Below are positions 1 through 12,921 of a stretch of 64,000 bases of DNA, piece after piece (the stretch's first letter is position 1; each line of letters starts with the position of its first letter). Source of the stretch: Fistulifera solaris. Its lineage: Eukaryota. The stretch covers positions 1,984,001 through 2,048,000 of the forward strand of contig AP026124.1 in the NCBI GenBank assembly GCA_030295235.1, in the 5' to 3' direction. The notes beneath the pieces were generated by a model. The model had not been told where the DNA came from and searched no databases. It was given only the letters and a program-made list of their open reading frames with translations. The translations under genes were made by a program, and so were the position numbers.

Positions 1-2000
1 GAAACAACGGCGGACGCATCCGCACTGGTCATCGCGGCAGCCGACAAGGCCGGCATGGACGGCATCGATCGTCGTCGCATCGATGCCATTATTTTACGCG
101 AATCGGGAAATTCACTCTATATTCAACAACAAAAGAGAAGAGACGAGAAAGTCAATGAACGAATCGTTGCGATGAAGAAGAAACTACAGAATCAAAGGAC
201 TCTCTACCCGCAGTGGCCCCACGAAAGTCTCCCCGCCATCGACCGCATGTTGACCGAATGCATTCGGAAACGACCAAATCGATCAACCTGTGTGGTCGTG
301 GACATGGATATGTTTTACATGGCCTGCGAATTGTTAACTCGACCCGAATTGCACGACAAACCCGCTTGTGTCGGTGGTGGAATGATTCTTACAAGTAATT
401 ACCCGGCACGCAAATACGGTGTCCGCAGTGCCATGGCGGGTTGGATTGGGGATGCTCTCGTCCGAGAATTGTCCAATGGCACGGAAGAATTGATTCATGT
501 TCCGTCAAATCACCAAAAATACGCGCAACAATCGCAAGTGGTACGGTCCGTCTTGGCCGAATACGATCCACAGTTGCGAGCGTACAGTTTGGATGAAGCC
601 TTTCTCAATTTGGGACCGTACTTGGCGTGTCATCTTCTGCATCCAGAATGGTCTCATGAACAAATCAGTAAGACATTAAGGGAAGGTCAAGAGGATGGGG
701 ATGTGAAAGCTTCGTCCGAAAGCGAATACGATGACAATGGTCCCGACGACGATTCTATACAAAACGAGAGCCATGACAAATTGTCCTATCTAGAGACACT
801 TGGTCAATTTTCCAACCATACTTGTTTGGAAGCAGCGGGAAAGATTCTTACAGATATGCGACAAAAAGTCTTTGAACGCACGGGTGGCTTGACGTGTTCC
901 GCTGGTTTGGCGCCAAATTTTATGATGGCCAAGATTGCCAGTGATCGAAACAAACCCAATGGACAATGTCTCGTGGCCAGTGATCAAGATTCCATTCGGG
1001 AGTTCCTTTACCCAATGGCCACGCGCAAAGTATCCGGCATTGGTCGCGTGACGGAGAAACTATTGAGAGCGTTTGATATCCACACCGTCGAACACATGTA
1101 CGAGCAGCGTGCGTTGATTCAACAATTATTCACCCCCGTGCAAGCCAACTTTTTACTACAAGCATCGGTGGGATGCTCCAGTTCCGATAATTTTCTAGAA
1201 GATGAACAAGAGGAAAGCAAAGGAGGAGGTCAAAAGGGATCAGTCGCGAACGAACTTTCCGTCCCGGTCACTCATGGAACGAAATCAACGCTCGACTCGA
1301 AGATATAGGACGCCTACTATCGAGTGACATGCAACGGAAAAGCTTCTGGGCACACACCATCACTGTCAAGGTGAAGTTGCACACATTCGACGTCTTGTCA
1401 CGGGCACGGACTTTGCCGCGCGGTGTGTTTGTCCAGTCGCCCGAAGATCTGGTCCGGCATTCGACGGAACTGTTGGCGGAAGTGAGACACGAATTCATGG
1501 CCAGTCCGGAGCACCGTTCCAAACCCTTTTCCGTTCGCTTGTTGGGCATTCGCTGCAACAACTTTCGTCACGAGCAGGAAACGGAAAGTACCGGGTGGGA
1601 TCAGTTGAATCTAGATCAATTTCTTCTCCCCCGATCGACGTTGCCTGTTTTCCGTGCCGCCGCAGCCCAGGAAGGGATCATCGCACGTTGTGACACAAAC
1701 ATGAAAGAAATATTTCACGACAGCCCGACTTTCGAAGTGGAAGGAACGAACGATCACGACGACGCATACGATGCAACGACCATTATGCCAACCAATGACT
1801 GTGAAAAAATCACAGCTACCTGTCCCGTTTGTGGACTGTCTCTTCCACCCAATGACAACCTACTGGTCAATCAGCACATTGATACTTGTCTCAGTGGACG
1901 CGCGGTCCGAGAAGTTATCCGAGAGGCTTCCCTCCTTCCACACAAGGGCCATTCGAAAAAATCCCAACTCGACTACTATTTTGCCCGTCGAACAGAATAA
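1..2000 (+). CDS. POLK: DNA polymerase kappa (Y-family/DinB), 5'-truncated by the window edge, one frameshift near 1237
   Basis: Frame is open from base 1 (DKAGMDGID, the Pol kappa N-terminal motif). Y-family motifs VVVDMDMFY, SLDEAFL, TCSAGLAPN..MAKIASDRNKPNGQ and VSGIGRVT. After the frame break come GISRERTF, TITVKVK and VRLLGIR, a UBZ4-like CPVC..VNQHIDTC, and a PIP-like SQLDYYF end. Confidence 0.93.
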
Positions 2001-2019
2001 TAGATGGTTTTAAATTTTT

Positions 2020-3110
2020 TTATTTGTTGTCTGCTTGTTTCGCATCGTCCACTTTCTTCTCTTCTTTGACTTGCTCCTCTTCTTTCTTCTCCTCTTCTTC
2101 TTTCAATAATAAAGCCGTCCCATCTTCGCCGTAACGAATCTTATTGTTGACCAGATCGTGCAACGCAATGACACTACGGATAAGCGCCGCCAGATAGAGG
2201 GCCATTTCCAAATCATTGGTTTTGACAATGAGACTTTTGACCAGATCGGGAGTATTCAAATTGGGCAATAGATTCAATATCGTTTGTAAATTGGCAATGA
2301 TTTCGTGATTGGCGAGACGGTGCCGTGGGCCACGGCTTGCAAGTAGTCCTTGCATTCGACCAACTTTTCCGTGAGCGTCGCCATTCCAGCTACTTTTGCC
2401 TTGATTAAGGAAGCGACGGTACTGATGGTCGGATCGTTGATATCGCGCAACAAATGCTCGACACCGACTTCTTCGGCTTCCAGGGCTCCCATTTGGACGG
2501 GAACGTGCGCAAAGGATCGATGAACATGTTTGCCGGACAATTCTTCCACAACACGATACGATGTAATGGGTAAATCTTGTCTATCGGGACGAATATCAAT
2601 AATACAAAAGACGGCGGGCGTCAAAGTGCCCTTGGGCAAAAAGCGTTCGACAATGTCGTGAATGCGCAAATCGTTGGGTCGAATTTGGGGGCCCGTGGAA
2701 TAAAAAGCCAACGACTCGTTCTTTGGCGTTGACTTTGCGGTACATGTGTAACATGCTTTCTAGAAAGTTGTGATCCAAGTAAAAGACCGCCTAGAGTTGG
2801 AAGGAAGAAGAACATGAGAACGTGTCGTGTATCGCGTCGTTCATCAACAGACACACACGTTTCTACCAGATGGACGTACCGGATTCTTGGAGTCTTCTTC
2901 AAACGGTACGGCAAAGGAATTCGTAACATCAACGGATCCTTTCGTGACTTGTCCTAACAGAACCCCCACGACGCGTTTGCGTGTCCCTCTCGCCACACGA
3001 TGATAATGATCGGCGGCCGAAAGGAGCACCAAAGGATGCATGATGACTTGTTCGACATCGGACGTCAATTTGACTGGCGTAACAATATCGTCTTCTGGCT
3101 CTGCTGTCAT
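2020..3110 (-). CDS. RPN8: 26S proteasome lid subunit RPN8/PSMD7 (MPN domain)
   Basis: [63 protein letters not shown], and [32 protein letters not shown] intron at 2791-2879; frame breaks near 2705 and 2325. Confidence 0.95.
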
Positions 3111-3588
3111 TGTGTGCAGACTTTTATTGATTTTTATTAATGATAGTTGGTGTTGTTGGTGTTGTGAAAAGTGTCGGTAATACCTATGTACAAGTACAAG
3201 TACATGTTAGAGAGGATTGCGAGCATTTCGTCACGGCCGCGTTGTTACAAGTAGTTAAGGTTACAAGTATTTTATTCGTTGTCGATCCTCTCGCTTCCCC
3301 ATCTCGATGATACATTGGGTATGCGTTTGACAGTACGAAACGACATTTGATTCAACAATACCATGACGAGCTTGTATCATTATGTATTCTTTCACATAAT
3401 AGCGTACCGGTATCCATTACACCTCAGTCGATACAAAATATCTGGAAAGCACAACGAGACATACGAGTGACCGCACACCGCACCATAATTACTTGTGTTG
3501 TTGACCACATAAAGAGGAAAGGAAGACCTTGTACTTGTACTTGTACAAAGAAAAGCCCTCGTCGTATCCATTCAATCCAAATCAAAAG

Positions 3589-5315
3589 ATGGACGACGAC
3601 GACGACGACGACCACAATGAGAAATCGAAACGATCCAAATTCGTGAGCAAACGTCGGAAAGCTTCGAGCATCGTTCCTACGACCATTGTTTGCTCCGCCG
3701 TGACAGAAAACAATCCAGGTGCGGTCGAAGTCGGAGTCATTCTTTGTATTTTGATCATTGCCTTGTATCTCTTTGGCTTTTATGAAGCAGTCATTTCACT
3801 TCCGCAAATTCGTGGAGACCCTTTTCATTTGGTGCAGCACGAGGAGTCGTTGTTGTCGTCGTCATCACTCCGTGGTTTGAGCCAAGCACAAAACGTTCCA
3901 CAATACGAAAAAGAAGAAGAAGAAGAAGAAGATGTGGTTGCGGCTCTTCAGACGAAGAAGATGAACAAAGTGATGATTCCACCAGGTCAATGGCCAGTCA
4001 GTATTCGGGATGAGGAATTTGAGACCATTCTACATCCCGGTGACCTCACTACCCAAATGAAAGTGCCCCAATTGTGGAGTTACCCCATCCACAACAATGA
4101 ACTCATGACCCGTGACACCGCTCTGCAAATTGGGACGTGCATTGAACCCGACGAACAGGGCCGTTACAACCGCGGCGAATCCTGTCCTCTCGACAAACGT
4201 ACCATCTTTGTGGGCATTGCGTCGTATCGTGATTTTGAATGCCGATCGACGGCCGAATCCATCTTTTGCGGGCCCAACATCCCGAACGGATTCGAATTGC
4301 GGTCGTCGATCAAATTGTCGACGGAGAAGATGCCTTGTGCAATGCGCCATTACTGCCGTGTGACACTCATCCGGAACAGGGTCTGTGCAAATACAAAGAC
4401 CAAATTGATGTCTACCAGATGGATGCGGCCTTGTCGATTGGACCCGTCTTTGCACGGCACATTGGTTATCGCATGTACCGGGGAGAGTACTATGCGACGC
4501 AGTCGGATGCGCACGTGACGTACACACAAGACTGGGATGCCGATATTATTGAGCAATTCGAAGTCACCAAGAACGAAATGGCGGTCCTGTCGACATATCT
4601 CACGGACGTACAAGGTTCGATTGATGCACAGGGTCATTCCTTGCGACATACCCGGCCCATTATGTGCAATACGTATTACGAAGGAGGTATACAAGGAATG
4701 CATTTGCGACACGGTTCGCAGCCGGAGCGCACGCCTTCGATCAAAGGGTCGCCGCAATTACAGCCGTGGTGGGCGGCCGGTTATTCCTTTTCGCGGGGAC
4801 ACTTTGTGGTCAATGTCCCTTACGATTACAATCAGCCCATGATTTTTCAGGGGGAGGAAATGTCGATTGGTATTCGTGGCTTCACGATTGGTTACGATTA
4901 TTACGCACCCGAGCGCAGTGTGTGCTTTCATCACTACGCGGTCGGGAAGAATGCTGAAGTCCGCAAGAAAGTTCACCATTTTTGGGAGAATACAAAGTAC
5001 AGTGGCACTGGAAAGAAAGCGATGGCGCGCTTGTTGGGCATTGTGCACATGAATCCAGAGGTTGATCCTCAGACATGGGACCACGCGGACGAAGACATTT
5101 ACGGCATTGGAGGAGTTCGCACGCCGGAAAAATTTTACGAAACATTTGGAATCAATGTTAAAGCGAAGAAAGTGGAAGGACATTTGTGTAGCTTTGTGGA
5201 TACCGGCGGGAAGATGCATTACGAATTTTCACCGTTCTTACGAAGTGATGGTATGGGCGTCGACTACTCGAAAATCAATTACAAGTTCAAAGATCCCCGA
5301 CCGAATGAAAAGTAA
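3589..5315 (+). CDS. GT60-family alpha-N-acetylglucosaminyltransferase (Gnt1/Gnt2-like), type II membrane protein
   Basis: N-terminal TM helix (VGVILCILIIALYLFGFY) and stem. Catalytic-domain motifs IFVGIASYRD.EC..T, HPERIRIAVVDQ, GPVFARH, SDAH (DxH), WAAGYSFSRG and IFQGEE..IGIRGFT.GYD.YAP. One frameshift in the T-run near 4265. Start codon uncertain. Confidence 0.85.
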
Positions 5316-5368
5316 ACATTTAAAGTTTAAACTGAGTTCAAATACCGCATGATAACTTTTAGTAAGAG

Positions 5369-6708
5369 TTAATCAAAGCAATCCCAATCATCGCTATGGT
5401 AATACTCGGCGAGTAGACGATAAAGGAAACTCGGTTGAAAGGAACCGACATTGGTGATGAATAGATCGACGTGCTCGGGTTTGATAATGTCGTGAAGGGG
5501 GTTCACAAACTCAATGTCCTCCAACAGTTTGGCCTGCGCTTCGGCGTATTCCATGACGCTGCTGGGACTGAGCAGATCATTCATGGTGTCTTGTCCCTCA
5601 TGAGGAAAGATGGGACACAGTTTAAAGAGACCGGTCGTGCAAACGACCGGAACCGAATTGTGTTTCGCGGCGAGTGCTACTAAATTGCCTCCACTCGGTG
5701 TCATTAAACTTCCATTGGCCAATACAGCGTGCGCGGGAAGAATAACTTTATTGACACGGGCCATCACGGCAAAGACGGCGGAATCGTTGATAAGAGTGAC
5801 ATCCAACCCGGCATCCGCTAGCACCTTGGCCATCGAGTGACCGCTATTCCCCGGAGCTCCTTCACAAACAATCACTTGAAAATCCAATTTCTTGGCCGCG
5901 GCCGCCTTAAGGAATAATTCCACAGTCTTGGATCGCCCGCTGGTCAGTATAAGTTCTCCAGAGTGAATGTGATTGACGACTTGTTCATTAATGTTTTTGT
6001 ATAGATCCTCCAATTCATTAACAATTTCGTCCACTGCACAGAACGGAAAGCGAAATTACATTTTTGGTGCAGGGTGAGTATACCAGAGCATGCATGCTAA
6101 AGCGCAATCTCCATCATCCTAAGATACTTACTCGCTTCCATGACGGTAGACTTGAGACCCGACCGTTCTTGATAGTAATACGCGGGGTACTCCGGACCCA
6201 CTACATCCGCATCCGCAAAAGATTCCTGTCTCTGATGATCGCCACTCATCACACTGATGGACCGATTGGATGCCTTGACATGCTGTGGCAACGCCCACAA
6301 CATGCTCTGCAACGAGAGTCGACCGCCGGTATCGCCGACCGAAGTATGTTCGTTGTCGAAATTGGCTTCTTCCCGCACCGCCGCCATGATTCGACGTACC
6401 ACATTCCCAATGGAAGGTTCGTGATGGCCGGCGGTTTGCAATTCGTGTCCGATTCCGCGCAACAACAAATGCAATTGTGCCGGATTTTTCCATTTCGTCG
6501 AGCCCACCATGTGTCGTAAGAAATCGACGGTCCGGTGAATCACAATGCGACGGTCCATGGTTACTTGTTTGAGTCGACCACGACGAAGTTCGAGGAGAAA
6601 GCGATCCAGCAAAGCCAAATGTTTGCGATGGTGTTCTTCTAGCCACCGACGGACATCCAGATAATTGCGAATTTCCGATGATGATGATTCGTCCGTTAAG
6701 CCTGTCAT
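5369..6708 (-). CDS. EIF2B2: Translation initiation factor eIF2B beta subunit
   Basis: SIGNVVRRIMAAVREE, HIHSGELILTSGRSKTVELFLKAA, DSAVFAVMARVNKVI, and FITNVGSFQPSFLYRLLAEYYHSDD. Intron 6034-6131 (GTAAGT..GCAG) joins the two ORFs in frame. Confidence 0.93.
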
Positions 6709-7361
6709 TCTTATTTCTTTCGGGACGTTTCTGCGCTTACTGCGGGAGCTCTATCGGCAAGTAAAACTAAAAAAAGAGGAAGGACGTGCAGTACAATTGC
6801 CAAAGCAGGTAGACAACATTTTTTTTAGTGAAACTCAGAATCGCGCCTCTCCGCCGCGTATTTTTTTTCGTTTTTCAATTTTCACCGAGTCTCCGGCCTA
6901 TACAACCAAAACTAGTATTATCGTTAAGGTTACTCATGACCAAAAGCAGTCGTGGTGTCGTCAACTAACACTTGATGCTATAGTAAATGGAACAAATTTT
7001 ATTCCGCAGGATGATTCTCGGCAGAACAAAAAAGACAAGTATTGCAAATGCTGTCAAAGTATATTGCATCCTGATAACGATGTACAAAGCTTACCATTTT
7101 GGCAATAGGAGCGGAGGTGATCTTACGGAAGTGCAATCTGCTTCGCGGCCCAAACAGCATTCATGACTGGAAATCAGTCGCGGTTTCGTGGAACCCGCAC
7201 TCTACTTTGTATTTTATGCGTCACAACGCGTCCGCCTTTTTCTGCACTTGGCGTATTATTGCGTTTATTGTGATGATGGTGATGGCCACCCGTTCCTGAT
7301 ATTCCATTCATGCAATGATTCTTCCTTCGGCTTCATTTTTTCTTTTGTTTTCGCACTCATT

Positions 7362-8066
7362 ATGAAAGCCTTTACCAGAACACTCGTCTCGACACTTCTT
7401 ATCTCTGTGGTTGTACAAGCACTACTGCTTCCAAACGGCCGACGTCCCCGGCGATTGCAGCAAACCACGGGGGATGACATTATCACACGGGCCCGTGAAA
7501 ATGCAGGAATGCCTGATGTTTTGGAACCTCCCCAATTATTTGATGATGATTTATTGGATGATATGCAACAAGCACTCTTGAGCATGGAGAAACGAGTGCA
7601 ACAAGGGCCTGGTTCTTTGACGTCGTTGGAAGTGCAAGATTTGGGAGCGCGATTGGATCGAATTATTCAAGAAATGAAACAAAATGAGCATTTAACAGCG
7701 AGAGATCTTTTGAAGAATGACAAGAGTCACCAATCTACGACTCCCGTTGCCCCAGCTACTTCAAACACCCAAACATCGAGTCAGGAACAATTGGAAGACG
7801 ATACACCGTCGTACGATGGTAAGGGTGGAATGGGACAACCCCGTGGTACTGTGAATACTTATATTATTGAAGGCATGGAAGAAATGGACTCGGAGACCTA
7901 CCGCCTGGCTTTACAACAAAGCATTATTGATCGACAACGAGAGCGTCGCAGAAGTGGCAAAGTGGGCAACCGTGGAACCATTGACTACCTGAGCTCTCTC
8001 GGTGGTAAGCCCGATCGGAAAATCATGTTTGATCCCGACGAAAAGAAGGATATGAAAAAGAAGTAG
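7362..8066 (+). CDS. Hypothetical protein with N-terminal signal peptide (possibly plastid-targeted)
   Basis: Clean ORF from ATG 7362. Hydrophobic leader MKAFTRTLVSTLLISVVVQA-L followed by an Arg/Pro-rich transit-like segment. No family recognised. Confidence 0.65.
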   Translation: MKAFTRTLVSTLLISVVVQALLLPNGRRPRRLQQTTGDDIITRARENAGMPDVLEPPQLFDDDLLDDMQQALLSMEKRVQQGPGSLTSLEVQDLGARLDRIIQEMKQNEHLTARDLLKNDKSHQSTTPVAPATSNTQTSSQEQLEDDTPSYDGKGGMGQPRGTVNTYIIEGMEEMDSETYRLALQQSIIDRQRERRRSGKVGNRGTIDYLSSLGGKPDRKIMFDPDEKKDMKKK

Positions 8067-8535
8067 AAGGAATTGACGTTGGAAGAAACTAAGACTGGAA
8101 AACTTGTGTCTCGTAAAATTCCTTTGTTTTCTTTACAATACGTTTTACACATCATAAGTTATTAAAAAATAATTACTCATTATTTGTTTTTCAAGACGAT
8201 CTTGAACCGAGCAAGTCCGAATGACTGAACCACAGTATACTTTCTAGCCGGGTGACTCTAGCTAGAGAGACCCGACAGACGGTCGCGCGTTGCTTTGCAT
8301 AAACAAACAATAAGTGACGTACTTCGTCATTTCCTCATCTGTCACATCGTGATCAAGAAGCTACACAAAGATGAAATACTGCACCAGTAACGGTACCGGT
8401 ACTGTACGCTTTTAGTGTCTTTGGACGTGCATGCGACGGACGTAAAATGCACTGGTGCTCGCATATTAGTCAACAGCGAGTTAAGCAATAATCTTTTGTC
8501 GTCTCATTGTTGCATCTCAAGATCTTGTCTTTAAC

Positions 8536-9582
8536 ATGTCTTCTATCGCTTATATCACAGAAGCTCCGCCTTTGGTTGCTGGGCTCACTGCTCTAGGCCT
8601 TCTTGTGGCTCTCTCGTTTTTTGTCAAGGTATGGTGAAATCGACACGTTCTGTTTGCTATTCTTCAGCGTTCCTTGCTCACTCACAACTCACGCACTTAC
8701 TCCACCCACAGATCCTTTCGTCGACCTACAACACCTTCCTACGTCCAGGTAAAGACTTGAAGAAGCTTGGCAAATGGGCGGTAGTTACGGGGGCAACGGA
8801 TGGCATCGGAAAGGCTTACGCCATGGGATTGGCCAAAAGGGAATGAGCATTGTCTTGATCAGTCGAACGGAAAGTAAATTGAAGGAAGTGAAAAAGAAAT
8901 TGAAACCAAGTATTCGGGCATTGAAGTGAAGCATATTGTCTGCGATTACTCCAAATTCGATAAGAAAGCGCAGGATGATCTCAAGAAGCAGCTCGTTGGC
9001 CTCGAAGTGGGGGTGCTCGTCAACAATGTGGGAGTCAGTTACCGCTATCCTCGTTACTTTCACGAACTGCCCGATGATGAAGTGCAAAATCTTCTTACCA
9101 TGAACATTGACTCTGTTGTTTGGATGACTCGTTTCGTTCTTCCTGGTATGATTGATCGCAAGAAGGGTGCAATTGTCAACATTTCGTCCGGATCGGCTTT
9201 GTACACGCTCCCCCTCTTGGCCGAGTATTCGGGTGCCAAGAGCTTTGTGGAAAAATTTTCCCGCGCTATCAATGCCGAATACAAAAGCAAAGGTATTACC
9301 TGTCAGTGTCAGGCACCGTTTTATGTCGCGACCAAATTGGCCAAGATGCGCAAGTCGTTTTCGGTTCCCGATCCGAACCAGTTTGTGGGGCTGGCTTTGA
9401 AGTGGGTGGGATACCCGGATTGTGTAGTGCAACCGTTCTGGGTGCATGCGGTACAAGGATGGGTCATGCACCGTGTTCCCGACTCGATTCTGGCTTGGTT
9501 CATCATGAACATGCATTTGGCCATTCGCAAGAAGGGAATCAACAAAGATCTCAAACTGGCGTCAGAAGGAAAGCTGGAATAA
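8536..9582 (+). CDS. KCR: Very-long-chain 3-oxoacyl-CoA reductase (KCR/HSD17B12-like SDR)
   Basis: N-terminal TM exon and intron 8629-8711. Motifs GKWAVVTGATDGIGKAYA, VLVNNVGVSY, IVNISS, catalytic YSGAK and PFYVATKL. Frame breaks near 8840 and 8895. Confidence 0.9.
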
Positions 9583-9817
9583 GCTTATTCTTCTTGCAGA
9601 TTTTGGACATGTTTAATCCAATTGCATCTATAACTAGAAGTAGCTGTTTGTCGATTGATAATTTCTATAATTGCTAGTTACCCTTGTAGAAGTAGTTCCG
9701 CATTGCCAAAAGTTTCGTTGCGTCTGTCCTGTGTCCTGCGTAACTGATAACGGAATCATCGTCTGTCATAATTATTTCTAACATGATATCAACATTATTA
9801 TCTGGCGTTCTTGTTCA

Positions 9818-10810
9818 ATGAGTCGAAGGTATTTTAAGAGATACTCCCGAGTTGTAACTCTTGTGCTCCTGGTTGGCTCTGTGGCAAGCTTTACGTTCCA
9901 CATAAACCCACAGAAGCCACGCCGACCAAGTTTCGTGCTTAGTACATTGGAGGAACGAGAAGATGTGGAACACGATGATTTGTTTGTCGCAAACGAACCC
10001 CCGCAACGCCGAAGTGAATTATGGCTGGATCTGCGACAAACCGCCATTGCGCCTAGAGAAGCTCTTCAGTTCTTAGAAAAACAACTCTACAGCAACAATG
10101 ATAACATGATCGTGGATATAGCCGATATCGATATCCCTCCACGGAAAGTGCTTTCGCTGGTCGACAAAGTGTTGCTTTCGAAGGAGCTTTTTGGTAAGGT
10201 TGTTGCAAGGGGCGACGATATAGGTCTCCCTCTGCTGTACACGGTGGATGATGAATCCATTCTGGTAGAAGGTAACCGTCGGACACACCAATCTTTTCCA
10301 ATGGGGAAAATCGTCACGTGCCGTCACACCGAAACACTTGATCCACTCAATGCGATCGACATTACAAGCACTGGACAGTGGCTGTTCGTAGACAAAACAG
10401 ATGAGTCTGATGAATACGAAAAGATTCTTTGGCTTGAAAAACAAGTCGCTGGACTTCTCGACTTTTTGTCCTCGACTACGGCTGCACCTGTCTTGTCATC
10501 CCAAGACTCGGGTTTATTGCTACCATCTATTTCTGACAAAATCCTGTCTAGGAAGGGTGGAGTTGCCGTTTCATGCCGCACGAGAACAGCATTCGTACAA
10601 TTGAATTCGGCTCTGGAACAGTCGTTGTGCTCGACCCTGATCACTCGCACAACAGATTCGGGCATTCTTGTAAAAGTTGAATCACCTTTGGGAAGTGAAA
10701 TATCTCCACCCACTCTACAAACAGCGTTGGTGTTGCCCTTGGATTTACGGATATGGGAAGCAGCGAGAGATATCCAGGAAGAGGAGGAACATGAAACGGA
10801 GAGCGACTAG
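9818..10810 (+). CDS. Hypothetical protein with bipartite plastid-type targeting peptide
   Basis: Uninterrupted 330 aa ORF. Signal peptide ends VAS-FTF (Phe at +1, ASAFAP-like) and is followed by a basic transit-like stretch. Confidence 0.65.
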   Translation: MSRRYFKRYSRVVTLVLLVGSVASFTFHINPQKPRRPSFVLSTLEEREDVEHDDLFVANEPPQRRSELWLDLRQTAIAPREALQFLEKQLYSNNDNMIVDIADIDIPPRKVLSLVDKVLLSKELFGKVVARGDDIGLPLLYTVDDESILVEGNRRTHQSFPMGKIVTCRHTETLDPLNAIDITSTGQWLFVDKTDESDEYEKILWLEKQVAGLLDFLSSTTAAPVLSSQDSGLLLPSISDKILSRKGGVAVSCRTRTAFVQLNSALEQSLCSTLITRTTDSGILVKVESPLGSEISPPTLQTALVLPLDLRIWEAARDIQEEEEHETESD

Positions 10811-10845
10811 TAAAATCTGAATCTAATGTCATCAGAAATCCACTT

Positions 10846-11612
10846 CTATTTGTTCTTAGATCCGATTATCTCGCTCGGTGTTATGATGAGATCCATACGT
10901 CTATCGTACGACTCCACCGGGATTTCTTCGACCAATTGACAAGTCAAACAAACTGCAATCAAGCAGGGAGGTTTTTTGTCACTCGATATCATGCGCTGAA
11001 TAAAGCGATCGTAGTACCCCTTACCTTGACCAAGGCGATCACATTTTCGATCAAAGGCAAGGCCAGGAACGATGAGAACGTCTATGTCACCTTCTTTGGC
11101 CAGTACAATCGGCATTCCCGGCGGTGGCTCCGGGATGCCCCACTTGTTTCGCGGCCACGCTTGGTGGAAGAGCTCTCCGGCCTTGGACGCACTTTGATCA
11201 ACTTTTAACAGCTCCATATCCGCGTGTTCAAAGTTCTTGCCTACTTGTGGGACATAAATGTGTTTACCGGCTTCAACAGCGTTCCGTATCGCTAGATCAG
11301 TATCAATTTCGCCACTGGGCATTGAAAGGAAAAGCCCCACCGATTGGGCTTGCTTATACACAGGAAGATCGAACAGTCGCTCCCATACCTCAAGACTTTG
11401 ACTCTCAATATCGTTCTTTGATAATTCACTTATCATCGATCGAACTTGCTTTCGTAATTGTTTTTGCGTGTAACGATATCGTTTGCACCGTGGGTTGCGG
11501 ACACGCCACTCATTTTCGGACGCAATGCCGAATGAAATGAGGCTTTGCTATGATAGCAAACTCCCGGCTTTAACAAAGCGCTTAACACAAGGCTTCCTCT
11601 CCAAGCGTACAT
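10846..11612 (-). CDS. MTHFS: 5-formyltetrahydrofolate cyclo-ligase
   Basis: K(K)QLRKQVRS after fixing the homopolymer near 11460, then FLSMPSGEIDT, NKWGIPEP, DVLIVPGLAFDRKCDRLGQGKGYYDRFI and YDRRMDLIITP. N-terminal extension resembles an organellar presequence; start uncertain. Confidence 0.92.
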
Positions 11613-12921
11613 GAAGCTGTGAGGAAGACAACATGTGATTGTGAAGCCGAAAAACACTCTCGCTGTCGGTACTACTGGTAATGGCATCGCGTGAACTTTT
11701 TCGCGTTCGAAAATCGTCGCAACTCGTGACAGAAATCCAGTCGGATTTAGTTTGGCGTACCTTAGGCTGAAGGATTATGCTTTTTTGACCGCTGTCACAA
11801 AAGTCAGTCATATCGTACGCTACATAGTACTAAAAGTCAATACAACTGATGCGAGATACGAGCACTAAAGCAAGGTGATCTTTTCGTACGAAAATGTCAA
11901 GTTTCTTGGAAAAGCAAACATAGCCTTTCGGGATCCAATCGACGACCTGAATATTCATCGTTCTTTCCCTAACTTCACTTAATTGGAGTTAGGATGACAA
12001 ATTCCACATCTTGAATGTCTACCAGGTAGCCCGATAGATGCTTGGAATTGTGGAAGGAACCTTCATCTTGTGAAACGTGGTGCCCCCGTCCGCAGAAATG
12101 TCTAGTAACCTCGAAGCACTGCGACCATCACATTCCTTTTTCGCACATTCTACAAGGGGCAAGGGGAAGAAGAAGGTGCCGGCAGTAAGTTTGGCAGACG
12201 GCACCGCTCCCCCGTTGACGTGGCTCATCAAACGCTGCAAGCCTCTCATTGCATTTTTCAACTTCCGCTTCTGTACAAAGTAGTGCGATTTTTACGCATT
12301 GAGCATCCGTACCAGGTACTCTCAACAAGAAGGTCGATGCCAACTATAGCGAGGGAAGAGATATTGCCATGATCCTCTCAAATAATTTCAATGCACACCG
12401 TTTTCTACGTACTATGCTTCTGAGGCTATGTTTCGATATATTTCGTCAACTGCCTGGACTGTATGCCACGGAGTACACCATGTATCCGAGGTTTCTGAAA
12501 TGCTGCATGACGCAAGATTTTGTAAAATGACGTAGAAACTATTAGAGCGATTTGATTGGTGCAATAAAAGAAACAGGGACGCTTGTAACAGATGACGCTT
12601 GAGGTTCGCTTTCTGAAGGGGCCACATCATTCGTGTTGTAAATTGTGTTTGTGTTCGCGCCTTCGCTATGGAACACAAAACATTGAGAACGAAAACGGTC
12701 AAAAGGGTGAAACCAGAACTGCAAACACCAACGCCCACACCTGATTTGATCAGCCTGATCACATAAAACAGTAAACCAAATCATTCAAAACATTGCTTCG
12801 AACACGGAACAACGCATATCATACACTATAGATCTCACAAGCACATACTTGTTAGCAAAGAATCATCACATCAATCCACAGCGGCAAATTCGAAAAAGTG
12901 CCCCCTCTATAATCCCTCATC

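Noticed and set aside
3592..3932. (GAC)n and (GAA)n runs as separate repeat elements
   Set aside because: They encode poly-Asp and poly-Glu tracts within the GT60 gene.
4030..9516. Long antisense or alternative-frame ORFs (e.g. 4030-4527, 4758-5219, 8785-9516)
   Set aside because: They are shadows of well-supported genes on the opposite strand and carry no motifs of their own.
11880..12372. Cys-rich minus-strand ORF ending in TGA, considered as a selenoprotein
   Set aside because: No CxxU or recognisable selenoprotein motif, an in-frame TAG lies just after the only upstream ATG, and no SECIS was evident.
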